From UHGV virus genome UHGV-0277504: a stretch of 64,000 bases of DNA; one strand, 5' to 3'. The first letter of the stretch is position 1, and every line of letters begins with the position of its first letter. Origin of the DNA: a virus. Below, piece by piece: positions 1 to 10,271 of this stretch. The notes below the pieces were generated by a model. That model did no database searches and had not been told where the DNA came from. It was given only the letters and a program-made list of their open reading frames with translations. Made by a program: the position numbers and the translations under genes.

Positions 1-402
1 ATCATAACTACTTTTTTGAACTTCGTAATCTTCAGTTAAATCATCAACATACCACTCTTCATATTTTTCACTATAGATTAATTTAACTACTATAAAATAT
101 TTTATTAAAGAATTATAATATTCCACATCTCTATGAACATAATGTGATACTAAGAAATTAGCTTTTACAGTCGCTTCATCCCCTATAATATCCTCTTCTC
201 CAACATTCACTTTAGAAACAACCATACCTGATATAACACCAGGATATGGTCGTGCTCTACCTCTATCTATAGCAAATTCATGTGTACAAAAATCAAATAG
301 TTTTTGATTCTTATAAGATATAATATCATTAGTTACTTGATAAAAATTATATACATTATCTATTAAATTTGTTACTTTAGTATTAATTTCTTGTATCATA
401 AC
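1..402 (-). CDS. hypothetical tail/baseplate-module protein (partial; 5' start at 402, continues past window start)
   Basis: Open minus-strand frame from ATG at 402 (MIQEINTKVTNLIDNVYNFYQ...) running off the window; follows the CHAP tail lysin in the late operon. Confidence 0.5.
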
Positions 403-413
403 TCATCTCTTTT

Positions 414-3020
414 CTAATATATAAAGTGATAATTTCCCTTAGGTAGACTACTTACTTTAAGCGTTCTCTCACCATAAGTATGGTAAGCTGAATAATTATA
501 TTCAGATATATGGATTGTTTTACCATCTTTAGAGACACCTTCTACAAAAGCAACATGACCTGTTCCGTGGTCTCCACTTTTGTAAGCTTCCCAGTTAAGA
601 ATAGCACCACGTTTAGGTGTTGTTCCTACACCTATACCCTGTGCTCTGGCGGCGTTGTCGTAATTATGAGCATCACCCCATGCTCCACAGGAAAGCCCAA
701 ACTGTTTACGTCTATTATATACATACCAAGTACATTCACCTACTAAACCACCTACTTGTGGATTTCCTGGGTAAGTTTTCTTATCCCACTTAGGTAAATC
801 ACCTTTGTACTTTTCTAATTTTTTAAGAGATTCTCCTCCACTAGCGTCTCCTCCTTCATCATCTCCGCCACCATCTTTACCTTTATTTTTTTCAGCTATG
901 GCTTCTGATTTCATGTCTGCTAGTGATTTCTCTCCTAATAAACCTCCGATAAAGTCTGATGATTGACCCCAAGGAGGTGCAAATCTAACAGGACTTCCGT
1001 CTGGTACTTCAGCTTCTTTAAGTCCTCTAGTTACTCCTATAGTTGTATAGTATCCTTGTTTGTAATCAAATTTATGTTCTACTGATTCAATATAGAATTC
1101 CCAAACATCATTACGTTGTTCATCTTTAACAAACAATCGTTTTCCTAAATCATATTTATGGTGTCCTAGAACAATTATATCTCCTGAATAGAAGTTAGGA
1201 TTATTGTAATACCAATTATAAAGCATTTTACTAAATATCAACATAGGACTGTCTGTAGCATCTGCTCCTACATCTGCACTAGCATTACTAATCTCCTCTA
1301 ATGCCTTAATATAGTCTTTATATATCTGGTCGTCAGGAGGTGTTCCTTTATATTCCATATATTTTTCTACAAGTTTTTCAGCATCTGCTTTACTACCAAA
1401 TCTAAAATTATTTGCTAAATCATCAATAGCTTTTTTCTTATTCTTTTTACCATCTTCTCCTTCAAAAGATTTATTATCAGGGAAGTGTTTTTTAAGTTTC
1501 TCTTTAATCTTAGGTACAGTAGCTATAGGTCTATTATCTATTTGTTGTTCTGTTCCTGGATTATGACCTGTAACTTCTTTATACTTACTTTCAGAGATAC
1601 TTCCATTTTTTGAAAATTCTGCTACTAACTTTTTAGCTTGGTCTTTAGTTAAATCATGGTATCTACTAGATAGTATCTTAGCCCAACCCTCTTGTTTTGC
1701 ATTTACTTCTTGTTGTCCTTGGTTTTTAAGGTCTTTTAATACCTTATCATAAGTACCTTTTTGAGCTCCAGCATCTCTTTTATCAATAATCTTTTTATAA
1801 TCTTCTTCACTTAGTTTACCATCTTTTGAGAATTTGTCAACTATTTCTTGAGCATTTTCTTTTGTTAATCCTTTATATTTACTGGATAATTTTTTAACCC
1901 ATTTATTTTTTGCTTTTGATACTTTATCTTTACCTTCTTTTTTAAGGTCTTTCATTACTTTATCGTAAGATTCTTGCTCATCTCCAGCATCATTGTTATC
2001 ATCTTCTGTAGATGAGTTCTCTTCAATAGGTATATACATATTTTCTACTTCTAATTTAGAATAACCATATCTATCAACAAGCTCTTTATGATATTGTGGT
2101 TTAGAAAATACATCAGCTTCCATTGTTTTAAGCATTTGTGGTGTTGTAACTGTAAAAATAGAATATGTCTCTACATCAGATTTACCTACATCTTCTTCTA
2201 CAAAGTCTTCAGAACTTACTGTCTCATAATCTAAAGCTTTCCACTGAGATTCATTAAAAGGTGTCTTACGCATAACTAATTGTGTTTTATCAGCGTTTTT
2301 ATCTTGTCCGTTTCTAAAGAATAATTCATTAAATGGTTTAGCTGTAATCATATCCATCATTTGCTTTAAGCTACCGTCAAAATTAGTTAATTGAGTGGTG
2401 TCTTTAAGATTCTCAAAAGCTGTCCAACTATCTAATCCATCCCAAGCAAAATGGTCGGATATAGTTTTATTATGATTACCTTTACCATCATCATATTTAT
2501 ATTTCATAAATGGAATAAAGTAATCTAATACTTCTTTCATTATTTGACTAGCATTAGAACCACTAAATTTTATTTTCTCACCATCTACTAACCATCCTGT
2601 TGCTGGTAATACAGCTTGAACCTCTTGGATTACACCTAATCCAAATTTAATAAAAGGTTTAGAGAAAGCTTGACCTGTTATTCTATATGTGGTTTGGTCG
2701 TTGCTGTAACTTCCTATTTTAGATACTTGAGAAATCATACCTACTAATACTAGTCCTTCTTTATCATCTGCTGGATTAGGATTAATATAAATCTTAACAA
2801 TATCATTAATCATTAAAGCTTTATCCCAATTTGTATCCCCTGCTAAAGTAATAACAAAAGTAGCACTATCATCTGACATAGCATTTTTAGTTTGGAAACC
2901 TAGGACTTTATTTCCTACTTGCTCTCCTGTAACTTCTACAGCATTACTATATCTTAAAGTAAATATATTTTCATCTGTAACGAATTCTAATCTTATATCA
3001 GGTCTTCTTATCCTTTTCAT
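414..3020 (-). CDS. tail-associated cell-wall hydrolase with C-terminal CHAP peptidase domain (tail lysin/TAME)
   Basis: 868-aa ORF; C-terminus has CHAP Cys/His motifs (GECTWYVYNRR...GDHGTGHVAFV); K/E-rich repeated central modules; located just downstream of TMP as in K/Twort-like phages. Confidence 0.8.
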   Translation of the reverse strand: MKRIRRPDIRLEFVTDENIFTLRYSNAVEVTGEQVGNKVLGFQTKNAMSDDSATFVITLAGDTNWDKALMINDIVKIYINPNPADDKEGLVLVGMISQVSKIGSYSNDQTTYRITGQAFSKPFIKFGLGVIQEVQAVLPATGWLVDGEKIKFSGSNASQIMKEVLDYFIPFMKYKYDDGKGNHNKTISDHFAWDGLDSWTAFENLKDTTQLTNFDGSLKQMMDMITAKPFNELFFRNGQDKNADKTQLVMRKTPFNESQWKALDYETVSSEDFVEEDVGKSDVETYSIFTVTTPQMLKTMEADVFSKPQYHKELVDRYGYSKLEVENMYIPIEENSSTEDDNNDAGDEQESYDKVMKDLKKEGKDKVSKAKNKWVKKLSSKYKGLTKENAQEIVDKFSKDGKLSEEDYKKIIDKRDAGAQKGTYDKVLKDLKNQGQQEVNAKQEGWAKILSSRYHDLTKDQAKKLVAEFSKNGSISESKYKEVTGHNPGTEQQIDNRPIATVPKIKEKLKKHFPDNKSFEGEDGKKNKKKAIDDLANNFRFGSKADAEKLVEKYMEYKGTPPDDQIYKDYIKALEEISNASADVGADATDSPMLIFSKMLYNWYYNNPNFYSGDIIVLGHHKYDLGKRLFVKDEQRNDVWEFYIESVEHKFDYKQGYYTTIGVTRGLKEAEVPDGSPVRFAPPWGQSSDFIGGLLGEKSLADMKSEAIAEKNKGKDGGGDDEGGDASGGESLKKLEKYKGDLPKWDKKTYPGNPQVGGLVGECTWYVYNRRKQFGLSCGAWGDAHNYDNAARAQGIGVGTTPKRGAILNWEAYKSGDHGTGHVAFVEGVSKDGKTIHISEYNYSAYHTYGERTLKVSSLPKGNYHFIY

Positions 3021-3076
3021 TTAAATCTGTCCTTTGTTAAAAAATATGTATAAAAGGTGGTTTATAAACCACCTTA

Positions 3077-3874
3077 TTAAACTCTTCTATATTGATTGGA
3101 GAAGATACTTAAATCTGTATTCATAACATTATTAAACTTACTTTCTACAGCTTCTCCTAATTCTTCAGAATTATTTTGATTACCTTGTACATTCACATTA
3201 ACTCTAACATTATTGTTATTATTCACGTTACTAGACATTGAATTACTATTAGAGCTTCTTGTAGGTAAAGGTGCTGTATTGTTAAGTAAAGCACTTGTCA
3301 CAGGACTTACAGGTTCTTGTGGTGCTGAGAATCTACCACCTTTACCTCCTTTAGCTCTTCCTCCTGTAGGAGACCAACCACCGTTAGGGTTATAGTCGCT
3401 CTTCCAGTTTTTATTATTAAAGAAAGCTAATAATTGGTCGTATCCATTATGAATGTTTCCATGTCCTTTTACTTTATAGTTGTTGAAAGTACTAGGAACA
3501 TATTGTAAAAGACCTTGTGCCTCATTACCGCCACTGTTTATATCTTTAATTTGTTGTTTTATTTTAGGGTCTCCACCAGATTCTTTTTGAATAAGACTTG
3601 CTATTCCGTCTACATCTTTATCTGATATTTTAACACCCATTGCTTTGGCGGCTTTTCTAATATCATCTTTCCATTTATCAGCTGATTTTTTCTTATCTCC
3701 ACCTGCTGAATCCCCTACGTCAGAGTCATCAGAACTACCTGAATCACTTCCTCCTCCGTCTAAAGATTTAGCATCATTTATTAATTGTTCAGCTCTATCT
3801 AATAAACTTTTATAAGTTTTAAGGTTTTTAGTCTCAGAAGCATTATTTTTCTCTCTGAGTTGTTCGGTAGTCAT
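3077..3874 (-). CDS. tail-associated lytic transglycosylase (SLT-domain) protein
   Basis: 265 aa; SLT-like motif (ESGGDP...GLLQYVPSTF); N-terminal LREKN + SDSG/D-rich linker; GGKGGRFS motif shared with the upstream paralog; strong RBS before ATG at 3874. Confidence 0.7.
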   Translation of the reverse strand: MTTEQLREKNNASETKNLKTYKSLLDRAEQLINDAKSLDGGGSDSGSSDDSDVGDSAGGDKKKSADKWKDDIRKAAKAMGVKISDKDVDGIASLIQKESGGDPKIKQQIKDINSGGNEAQGLLQYVPSTFNNYKVKGHGNIHNGYDQLLAFFNNKNWKSDYNPNGGWSPTGGRAKGGKGGRFSAPQEPVSPVTSALLNNTAPLPTRSSNSNSMSSNVNNNNNVRVNVNVQGNQNNSEELGEAVESKFNNVMNTDLSIFSNQYRRV

Positions 3875-3936
3875 TTTACCTTTTTTCTTTTTATCTCCTA
3901 GTATGCCATACGTTAAAGTATATAAGTTTTTAAATA

Positions 3937-4842
3937 TTAGTATTGTAAATTTTTATTCATGTAATTAACTACTTCATTTACAATCATATCACTTGCTTTA
4001 TCTACATCATAACCTTCTGGAATAGTTAAATTTAAGTCTAAATTCTTACTTCTTGTTGTTGATTCTACTGTTTCTGTCTGTGGAGGTGAAAACCTACCAC
4101 CTTTACCACCTTTTAAGAATTTATCTGAACTACCCATTATACTAGCAATCATTGTATCCCAGTTTCCTGCTGTTGCATATTCATGTTGTCCTCCATTATG
4201 ACGCATTTTGTGTAGTGTTTTTTGTCCTCTACTATAGAAATTTTTAGCTATCCACTTAGCTCCACCAACAATACCTAAACCATAATTAAATCCGTTATTA
4301 GGATTGTTATCAAACGCACCAATTCCGTACCAGTTACCTTTTTTAGGGTCTCCTCCATGTGATAGGTTGGAAGTACCCCAAGCTGTTTCTACAGCACTAT
4401 GTGCTACTAAGTAACGAGGGTCTAATCCAGATGCTTTACCTGCTTTCATGTATATTTCTCCTAAACCACGCATTTTAGAATTTTTAGGAGCCATAGCGTC
4501 AATCCATTTATTTAACATCTTAGCATTAACGCCCTTAGCTGTTTTACCTAAATCGTGTTTAGTTATATCTGAATTAGTAAAGTTTTTACCATTTAAGTAA
4601 TCTAGTTCACCTACAGAACCGCCTTCATCATCTCCTCCAGAGTCTGATGATTCTAGGTTAGCTATTACGTTATCAAAGAATTGGCTTAATACAGGTATGT
4701 TTTTATTTTGTTCTCGTGCATTTTTCTCTCTTAAAGTTTCAAGTCTAAATCTTTCTTTTAGATTATTTCTCTTCTTACCCTTCTTCTTACCATAGGTTAA
4801 AATATATAAAACATTTATAAATTTTATCCTTTTATATAGGTC
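3937..4842 (-). CDS. muramidase (glucosaminidase-like) domain reading frame with no start codon for 108 codons; probable 3' exon of the tape measure gene
   Basis: Frame open from 4842 to 3937 (302 codons). First ATG/GTG/TTG in frame is at 4518 only. Upstream codons are protein-like (…RLETLREKNAREQ…SSDSGGDDEG…) and parallel the N-terminus of paralog 3077..3874. Glucosaminidase-type motif LVAHSAVETAWGTS. A group I intron lies immediately upstream. Confidence 0.55.
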   Translation of the reverse strand, partial: DLYKRIKFINVLYILTYGKKKGKKRNNLKERFRLETLREKNAREQNKNIPVLSQFFDNVIANLESSDSGGDDEGGSVGELDYLNGKNFTNSDITKHDLGKTAKGVNAKMLNKWIDAMAPKNSKMRGLGEIYMKAGKASGLDPRYLVAHSAVETAWGTSNLSHGGDPKKGNWYGIGAFDNNPNNGFNYGLGIVGGAKWIAKNFYSRGQKTLHKMRHNGGQHEYATAGNWDTMIASIMGSSDKFLKGGKGGRFSPPQTETVESTTRSKNLDLNLTIPEGYDVDKASDMIVNEVVNYMNKNLQY

Positions 4843-5268
4843 TTAGAAGGATAGTTATTTTTTTAAAAATATAAAGTTGGAATAAAATTTAAAAACTTAT
4901 ATATTTTAACTTTATTTAGCTATAGAACGCTACTTCTAAGCCCTAGGTCTATTCCTAGTCACTAGCTTTCACTACGTGTGTAGACTATTTGACTTCCCTA
5001 TTATTATAGGGTGGGTATTTTTCTTCCACCAATAGCTTGTGGTTTTACTCTCCCGTCAGGAGATAGTCGTTGAGGGTCTTCCTTATCTTTTGACTTAGGA
5101 CTTTCCCTGCTAAAGACCGATTACGTATACCTTAGGGTTTAACCTTAGCACATCTAACTTATTTTTTCTACTTTCGTAACTTTTCCATTTATCCTTTCGG
5201 ATTCTGTTTTAGTTAAGTTAGCTTTACGGATTCTTAGCATTTAACACCCGATACTAGCAACTTACGCT
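4790..5268 (-). ncRNA. group I intron at the 3' end of the tape measure gene (3' boundary uncertain, 4790-4830)
   Basis: Minus-strand core homologous to the other introns in the window (…GUUACGAAAGUAGAAAAAAU…UAGAUGU…CAACGACUAUCUCCUGACGGGAG…AAUAGUCUAC…). Candidate P1 is exon GCUAGU paired with intron GCUAGU (U.G at the splice site), placing the 5' splice site after …CTA GT, 5 nt before the TMP stop. Confidence 0.6.
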
Positions 5269-8200
5269 ACTAGCAAGGCAATTTGTTTGTAACAATCGTT
5301 ACCTCTAAATCCTGAAATTCCTTTTTTATTTTCTTTATCTCCCTCTTTTTCAAATTCACTTAAACCTTGATGACTTAATTGTGGTGCCATACTAATAAGT
5401 GCTGGATTTCTTTTTACTTTATCATCTGAAGGTGAACCCATTCCACCTTTTCCAGCTCCTCCTAAAAATCCTATTTTGGTAGGGTCGTTTGTTGGTATGT
5501 TTTTATTTTTACCTTTTTTGCTTCCAAATAATCCATGCCATGCTTTTCCTACAAGACCAAAGTCTTTATAAGATTTAGGTTTAGTCCATCCGATACCTAA
5601 AGATTTTTTCAATCCTTTTTTACCGACTTCTGAGCCAGCTTTATCTCCAACTATTCCTCCTATTGTACTTCCAGCAATACCACCTATAGCTGTTCCTAAT
5701 CCTGGTATTACAGAACCTATAGTAGCACCAATAGCTCCACCTGCGGTAGCTCCTGTAGCTCCACCGATGCTTCCTCCTATAGCTTCTTTGTTACCGCTCT
5801 TAAGAGAACTACCTATATCTAATGCTGATATACCTAATCCTAATAATGGAATTCCTTTTCCTAATCCTTTAAGACCTCTAGCTCCTGCTGTTATACCACT
5901 TGTTCCGCCTTTGCCTTTAGGTATTTTAGATAAAAGACCTTTTCCTTTAGAGACTATACCTTTTCCTGTTGTCTTGGCATTACTTCCTATTCCTTTCCAG
6001 TCAATTCCTCGACCTTTAGAAACAACTCCTCTACCAATGTTTTTAGCATTGTTTCCGAGTCCTTTCCAATCAATTCCTTTAATGCCTTCTCCTGCTCTAG
6101 TTGTTCCACCTTTTATTTTCTTACCTAAATCTCCTAAACCTTTTATCTGTCCGCCTCGGCTTGTATCGGTAGGTTTATATTCTCCAACTTGAATAAGTCT
6201 TTTACCAAAATCACCAACTCTTCCAAGTCTTCCACCTTTTCTACCTGTTGAACCTTTGTGGAATGTTCCACCTCCATCACCATTAGGTTTTTTAGGGGAA
6301 CCTCCACCACCTATTGGAGTTCCAGAACCATTATCTGTTCTTCCTCTACGACCTCCTGCTCTTCCATTTCTACCTTTTCCTCTACCTCTTCTTCCTAATA
6401 AAGATTCTCCGTTAGCTCTTCTACCTAACATCTCAGAACCTTTCATCATTGCTATAGATTTCATTAAAGAAACAGCAAAAGCCATGGCACTAGCTCCTGC
6501 TAAGTAGAAAGGTGCTGGAAGACTCATTAATGCTGTATTAACATTTCTTATTTTTCCAGTCATATCGTAAAGGTTTTCTGCTAATCTATCAGCTTTAGCT
6601 TTTCCTTGGTCGTCTTTACCTTCTTGTGATTCTTTATAATCTTTAGAGTTTTTATCTCTTTCTTTAGAACCTTCTTTAGATGTTTTCTTTTTATAGTCTT
6701 CTAAAGCTTTCTTAGTTAGCTTACCTTCTTCAGCCATTTTAAATAACTCATCAGACTGTTCTAAGGTAGCATCTACACCCATTTGTTTTAGGCTTTCATT
6801 AAAGGCTATCTTTTGTCCTTTTTTAGAGCTTGATACTTGAGTAGCTTGTTGATAAAGGTCTGATACATTTTCAGGGTCGGCAATACCTTTATCCATACGT
6901 TTTTGTAAATCATACCTACCTTCTAAACCTTGGTATTGTGAGCCCCAACCCATTGCATTTCTAATATAAGGGTCTTGCATACCATTTCTAATTCCATCAT
7001 TAAGGCTTGACATGAATTCTGCACCTTGTTGTCCTTGTAATCCTTTAGAACCTGAAGATGCTAACATAGATTGCATAGATGATACATTACTTAAATCATT
7101 TTTTGTCATCGTTCTTCCTTGACCGACTGACTCAGCAATTGAAGATAAAGCTTTTAATTGCTCTTCATTTCTTCCAACCATTCCTGATTCTTTTAGTCCG
7201 CCTAAGAAAGCACTTTGTATATCTTTAATATCTGCTCCAGAATCAATAGCACCAGTGTGCATTAATGTATTCATAGAGTCTCTATAAGCTTGGTCGTCTG
7301 CGATACCCATCGCTTTTCCACCTGTAGCTAGCTCTTTAACTCCACTATTTACATTGTCTTGACCTTTATATCCTACACTTCCCATGTAGTCTGAAGCAAA
7401 TTTAAGCATATCAGTACTATTATAACCTAGATGATTATCTATTGACATCTCTTCAAAATTATGTCTTACTGATTTATAATCACTTGTACCCATTTGCTGA
7501 CCTAAGGCTATTTTTTGTGGTCGGTTTGTTTCACTTAAAGACTTACCTTTCATGTACATACCGCCACCAACAGCCATGCCTGCCATTACACCGTGTGAAG
7601 CAATGGAAGGTGCACGTTCTCTAAAGATACCTTTAAACGTTCCTCTAGCTGGGTCTATTCTTCGGTCATTCATCTGTTTACTAGCTACATTATCAAAGTA
7701 GTTAGATGTAGTATCCATTTGTCGTATTAATTTTTCAATGGAATCAATCTCTTTAGCTCTAGCTTTATTGTTAGCTTCTATTTGTGCTCTTTCTTGTTGA
7801 TAGGTAGATTTATCAATTTCTTTATTTGTAAATCTCCTATTAAGATTAGACATTGATGTATCGTTTTTATCTCTATTACGTAAATCAGCTAATTGTTTTT
7901 TTAAATCAGCTGAATCTCTACGCATAAATTGAGATTTACCGATTGCTGATTTAGTTTGAGTACCAGTATCATAAGACATTCTACCTGATATTTCTGATTT
8001 ATCTAAATTACGTCTTACTCTATACTCAGAAGCTCTTATCTGTTTCATCTTTTGCTGAGCTGTCATAGCATTATTTAAAGATTCATAATAATCATCTGTA
8101 GCTTCACCTAGACGCTTCATGTCTTGTATACGTGTATTAATACCACTATCGGTACCTACAGTTTTAGAAGAAAACTCATCTAGATTTTCAGTCATAGATT

Positions 8201-8579
8201 CTAAAGTATTATTTAATTTTTCATATGATTTTTGTAAATTTGTATTAGGTGCTTTACCCATTGCTATTTGTTCTTTTTGAGCATCGGATATAGCATCTTT
8301 AAAATCATTAATTTCTTTAGTAGCTTTTCTTGTAGAATCTACTACTGTATTCATATCTTTAGAAGATATAAAAGCACTACCATCAGTTTTATCAGCAATA
8401 TCTTTAATTCTTTTAAATTGAGATGCTATAATTTTTAGTTTATCAGCCATACCGTCAATCGGTTTGTCAAGCTCCATATTTTCTATAGCATCCATATAAG
8501 CTTGTATGATTTTTAAACTACTCTCTAACTGAGAGCTATCACCTGATATATTCAATCTATAATTATCATTCATTGCCAT
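5262..8579 (-). CDS. tail tape measure protein (exon 1 if spliced)
   Basis: 1105 aa; long coiled-coil region; Gly-rich GxxGxG/KGKG repeats; position between tail chaperones and muralytic tail proteins. Confidence 0.85.
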   Translation of the reverse strand: MAMNDNYRLNISGDSSQLESSLKIIQAYMDAIENMELDKPIDGMADKLKIIASQFKRIKDIADKTDGSAFISSKDMNTVVDSTRKATKEINDFKDAISDAQKEQIAMGKAPNTNLQKSYEKLNNTLESMTENLDEFSSKTVGTDSGINTRIQDMKRLGEATDDYYESLNNAMTAQQKMKQIRASEYRVRRNLDKSEISGRMSYDTGTQTKSAIGKSQFMRRDSADLKKQLADLRNRDKNDTSMSNLNRRFTNKEIDKSTYQQERAQIEANNKARAKEIDSIEKLIRQMDTTSNYFDNVASKQMNDRRIDPARGTFKGIFRERAPSIASHGVMAGMAVGGGMYMKGKSLSETNRPQKIALGQQMGTSDYKSVRHNFEEMSIDNHLGYNSTDMLKFASDYMGSVGYKGQDNVNSGVKELATGGKAMGIADDQAYRDSMNTLMHTGAIDSGADIKDIQSAFLGGLKESGMVGRNEEQLKALSSIAESVGQGRTMTKNDLSNVSSMQSMLASSGSKGLQGQQGAEFMSSLNDGIRNGMQDPYIRNAMGWGSQYQGLEGRYDLQKRMDKGIADPENVSDLYQQATQVSSSKKGQKIAFNESLKQMGVDATLEQSDELFKMAEEGKLTKKALEDYKKKTSKEGSKERDKNSKDYKESQEGKDDQGKAKADRLAENLYDMTGKIRNVNTALMSLPAPFYLAGASAMAFAVSLMKSIAMMKGSEMLGRRANGESLLGRRGRGKGRNGRAGGRRGRTDNGSGTPIGGGGSPKKPNGDGGGTFHKGSTGRKGGRLGRVGDFGKRLIQVGEYKPTDTSRGGQIKGLGDLGKKIKGGTTRAGEGIKGIDWKGLGNNAKNIGRGVVSKGRGIDWKGIGSNAKTTGKGIVSKGKGLLSKIPKGKGGTSGITAGARGLKGLGKGIPLLGLGISALDIGSSLKSGNKEAIGGSIGGATGATAGGAIGATIGSVIPGLGTAIGGIAGSTIGGIVGDKAGSEVGKKGLKKSLGIGWTKPKSYKDFGLVGKAWHGLFGSKKGKNKNIPTNDPTKIGFLGGAGKGGMGSPSDDKVKRNPALISMAPQLSHQGLSEFEKEGDKENKKGISGFRGNDCYKQIALLVA

Positions 8580-8633
8580 TAAGTAATCACCGCCCTATAC
8601 TTTAAAAAAAGGTGGTAGTAACATCCTACCACC

Positions 8634-9143
8634 CTACATATATAAATCATCATCGTCAAACTCATTAAGTGCGTCTTCAATACTTTGTTGTGAGTACTCT
8701 TCTTGATTATCACTAGTATTGTTAACTTGTTTGTCAAGCTCTTCAATATTCTTTTGAATTTGTGCCATTTTATTTTTATGAATTTCTCTTGCTTCCTCAT
8801 CATCTTCTTCAGCTTCTACACGTTCAGTCATCTTAATACGTTCTGATTCTGAAAGTCTGTCATAGGCTTGTTTTGCTAAGTCTTCAGCATCTAAGAAGTC
8901 TGGTACTGGCTCGAATTCTTCTTGTGATTCATCATACCATGAAGTATCATCATCTTCAACTGTACTATCGTAACCTTTATTTCGTCTTTCCATTTCTCTA
9001 TTATCTAAATTCATACTTTCAATAATAAAGTGTATTTGGTAGGCATCTAAATTTTTGAAATTAGGGTCTGTAGGCAATACTTTAAACTCTCTCATAATAG
9101 CCCACATATTCCTGGATAAAGGTCTCTTAACAAGTGCTTGCAT
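8634..9143 (-). CDS. tail assembly chaperone-like acidic protein
   Basis: 169 aa, highly acidic C-terminus; immediately upstream of TMP (canonical chaperone position). Confidence 0.45.
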   Translation of the reverse strand: MQALVKRPLSRNMWAIMREFKVLPTDPNFKNLDAYQIHFIIESMNLDNREMERRNKGYDSTVEDDDTSWYDESQEEFEPVPDFLDAEDLAKQAYDRLSESERIKMTERVEAEEDDEEAREIHKNKMAQIQKNIEELDKQVNNTSDNQEEYSQQSIEDALNEFDDDDLYM

Positions 9144-9174
9144 CCCGCCTGAATCAGAAATTTCTTTATCTCTG

Positions 9175-9585
9175 TTACCTACGAAAGGTTCCTAGGAAGT
9201 CAATCCAATCATCGTAAACTCGTACTAAAGGTATTAAGTTATATATTTTTTCTGGGTCACTTAACTCATCAGGTACTTCTACACCTACGACTTGAATTGT
9301 TGCTAACATTTGATACGCTTTATAAATCTCATCGCTTTGGTATAAATCCATACCTCCTAAGTAATTTGAACGCATAGCGTTAATTGTACCTTGCTCTAAT
9401 GCATTAGGTACTCTTAATTTAATATTGAAATCTAATTTAATTTCTTTAAAATTATAATATTTCTCAAAAACATCATTTACTCCACGAATAACTCTTGAAA
9501 CTGTATTGTCTTGTTCTTGTTCTTTCTTTCTCTTTAACTCCTGTAATTCATCAGTGTTATTATTTTGTGTATTATTTTCAGCCAT
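9175..9585 (-). CDS. tail assembly chaperone-like protein
   Basis: 136 aa; gene pair preceding TMP. Confidence 0.45.
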   Translation of the reverse strand: MAENNTQNNNTDELQELKRKKEQEQDNTVSRVIRGVNDVFEKYYNFKEIKLDFNIKLRVPNALEQGTINAMRSNYLGGMDLYQSDEIYKAYQMLATIQVVGVEVPDELSDPEKIYNLIPLVRVYDDWIDFLGTFRR

Positions 9586-9710
9586 AATAAATTTACCTTC
9601 CTTTTTAACGTAAAATAAACCTATACTATTTAATTATTCATAATTAATATAACAGATAGTATAGGTTTTGTATTAATTTTATTATATCACACTTTAATCA
9701 AATATCAAAA

Positions 9711-10004
9711 TTACTTTTCCAAGTTTTTTGTATACTCTACAATTTCTTCTAGTCCTTGTTTTATTCCTTCTTTATTATGTAGTAAATAATCATAATATTC
9801 TTGTAAAGAATCATAGTACTTATAATCAATAGTCAATACTTCTTGCCCCTTAATATATTTACGAGTTATCTTTTCAACCTTTTTAACAGATTCTTTAAAA
9901 ATATCTAAAATACTATTTACTTTAATTGCATCATATTTACTATTACCTTCTGGGAAATCTTTTAATTCTTTTTCCATTTCAAATCTTACTTGTGTTAATT
10001 TCAT
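9711..10004 (-). CDS. hypothetical protein
   Basis: 97-aa ORF, RBS present. Confidence 0.5.
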   Translation of the reverse strand: MKLTQVRFEMEKELKDFPEGNSKYDAIKVNSILDIFKESVKKVEKITRKYIKGQEVLTIDYKYYDSLQEYYDYLLHNKEGIKQGLEEIVEYTKNLEK

Positions 10005-10069
10005 TTAAATCAATCTCCTTTAATTATTTATAAGTTTATTATATCTTCTCTTTATTAGTTTGTCAACAT

Positions 10070-10267
10070 TTACATGTAAAAAATTACGATAATCCAATAT
10101 GGTATATTAGTAATAATCCATGCAATAATTAATCCAATAGAAATACCATAATACTTACTTACGTCTCCTCTATCTTTATTAATAATTGTAAACGATATTA
10201 ATACTATGTTAGATACAATAATAATAAGTACATTCAGAATAATAAAATAAATTTCTATTAACTCCAT
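10070..10267 (-). CDS. small membrane protein
   Basis: 65 aa, two hydrophobic segments. Confidence 0.45.
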   Translation of the reverse strand: MELIEIYFIILNVLIIIVSNIVLISFTIINKDRGDVSKYYGISIGLIIAWIITNIPYWIIVIFYM

Positions 10268-10271
10268 ATAA

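Noticed and set aside
510-8803. Antisense/overlapping ORFs inside large genes (510..746+, 3213..3395+, 5767..6192+, 6256..6507+, 7442..7624+, 8579..8803-)
   Set aside because: They lie wholly inside longer well-supported genes on the opposite strand or in another frame, lack RBSs and have skewed composition (for example proline-rich translations of the antisense of a Gly-rich tape-measure gene).
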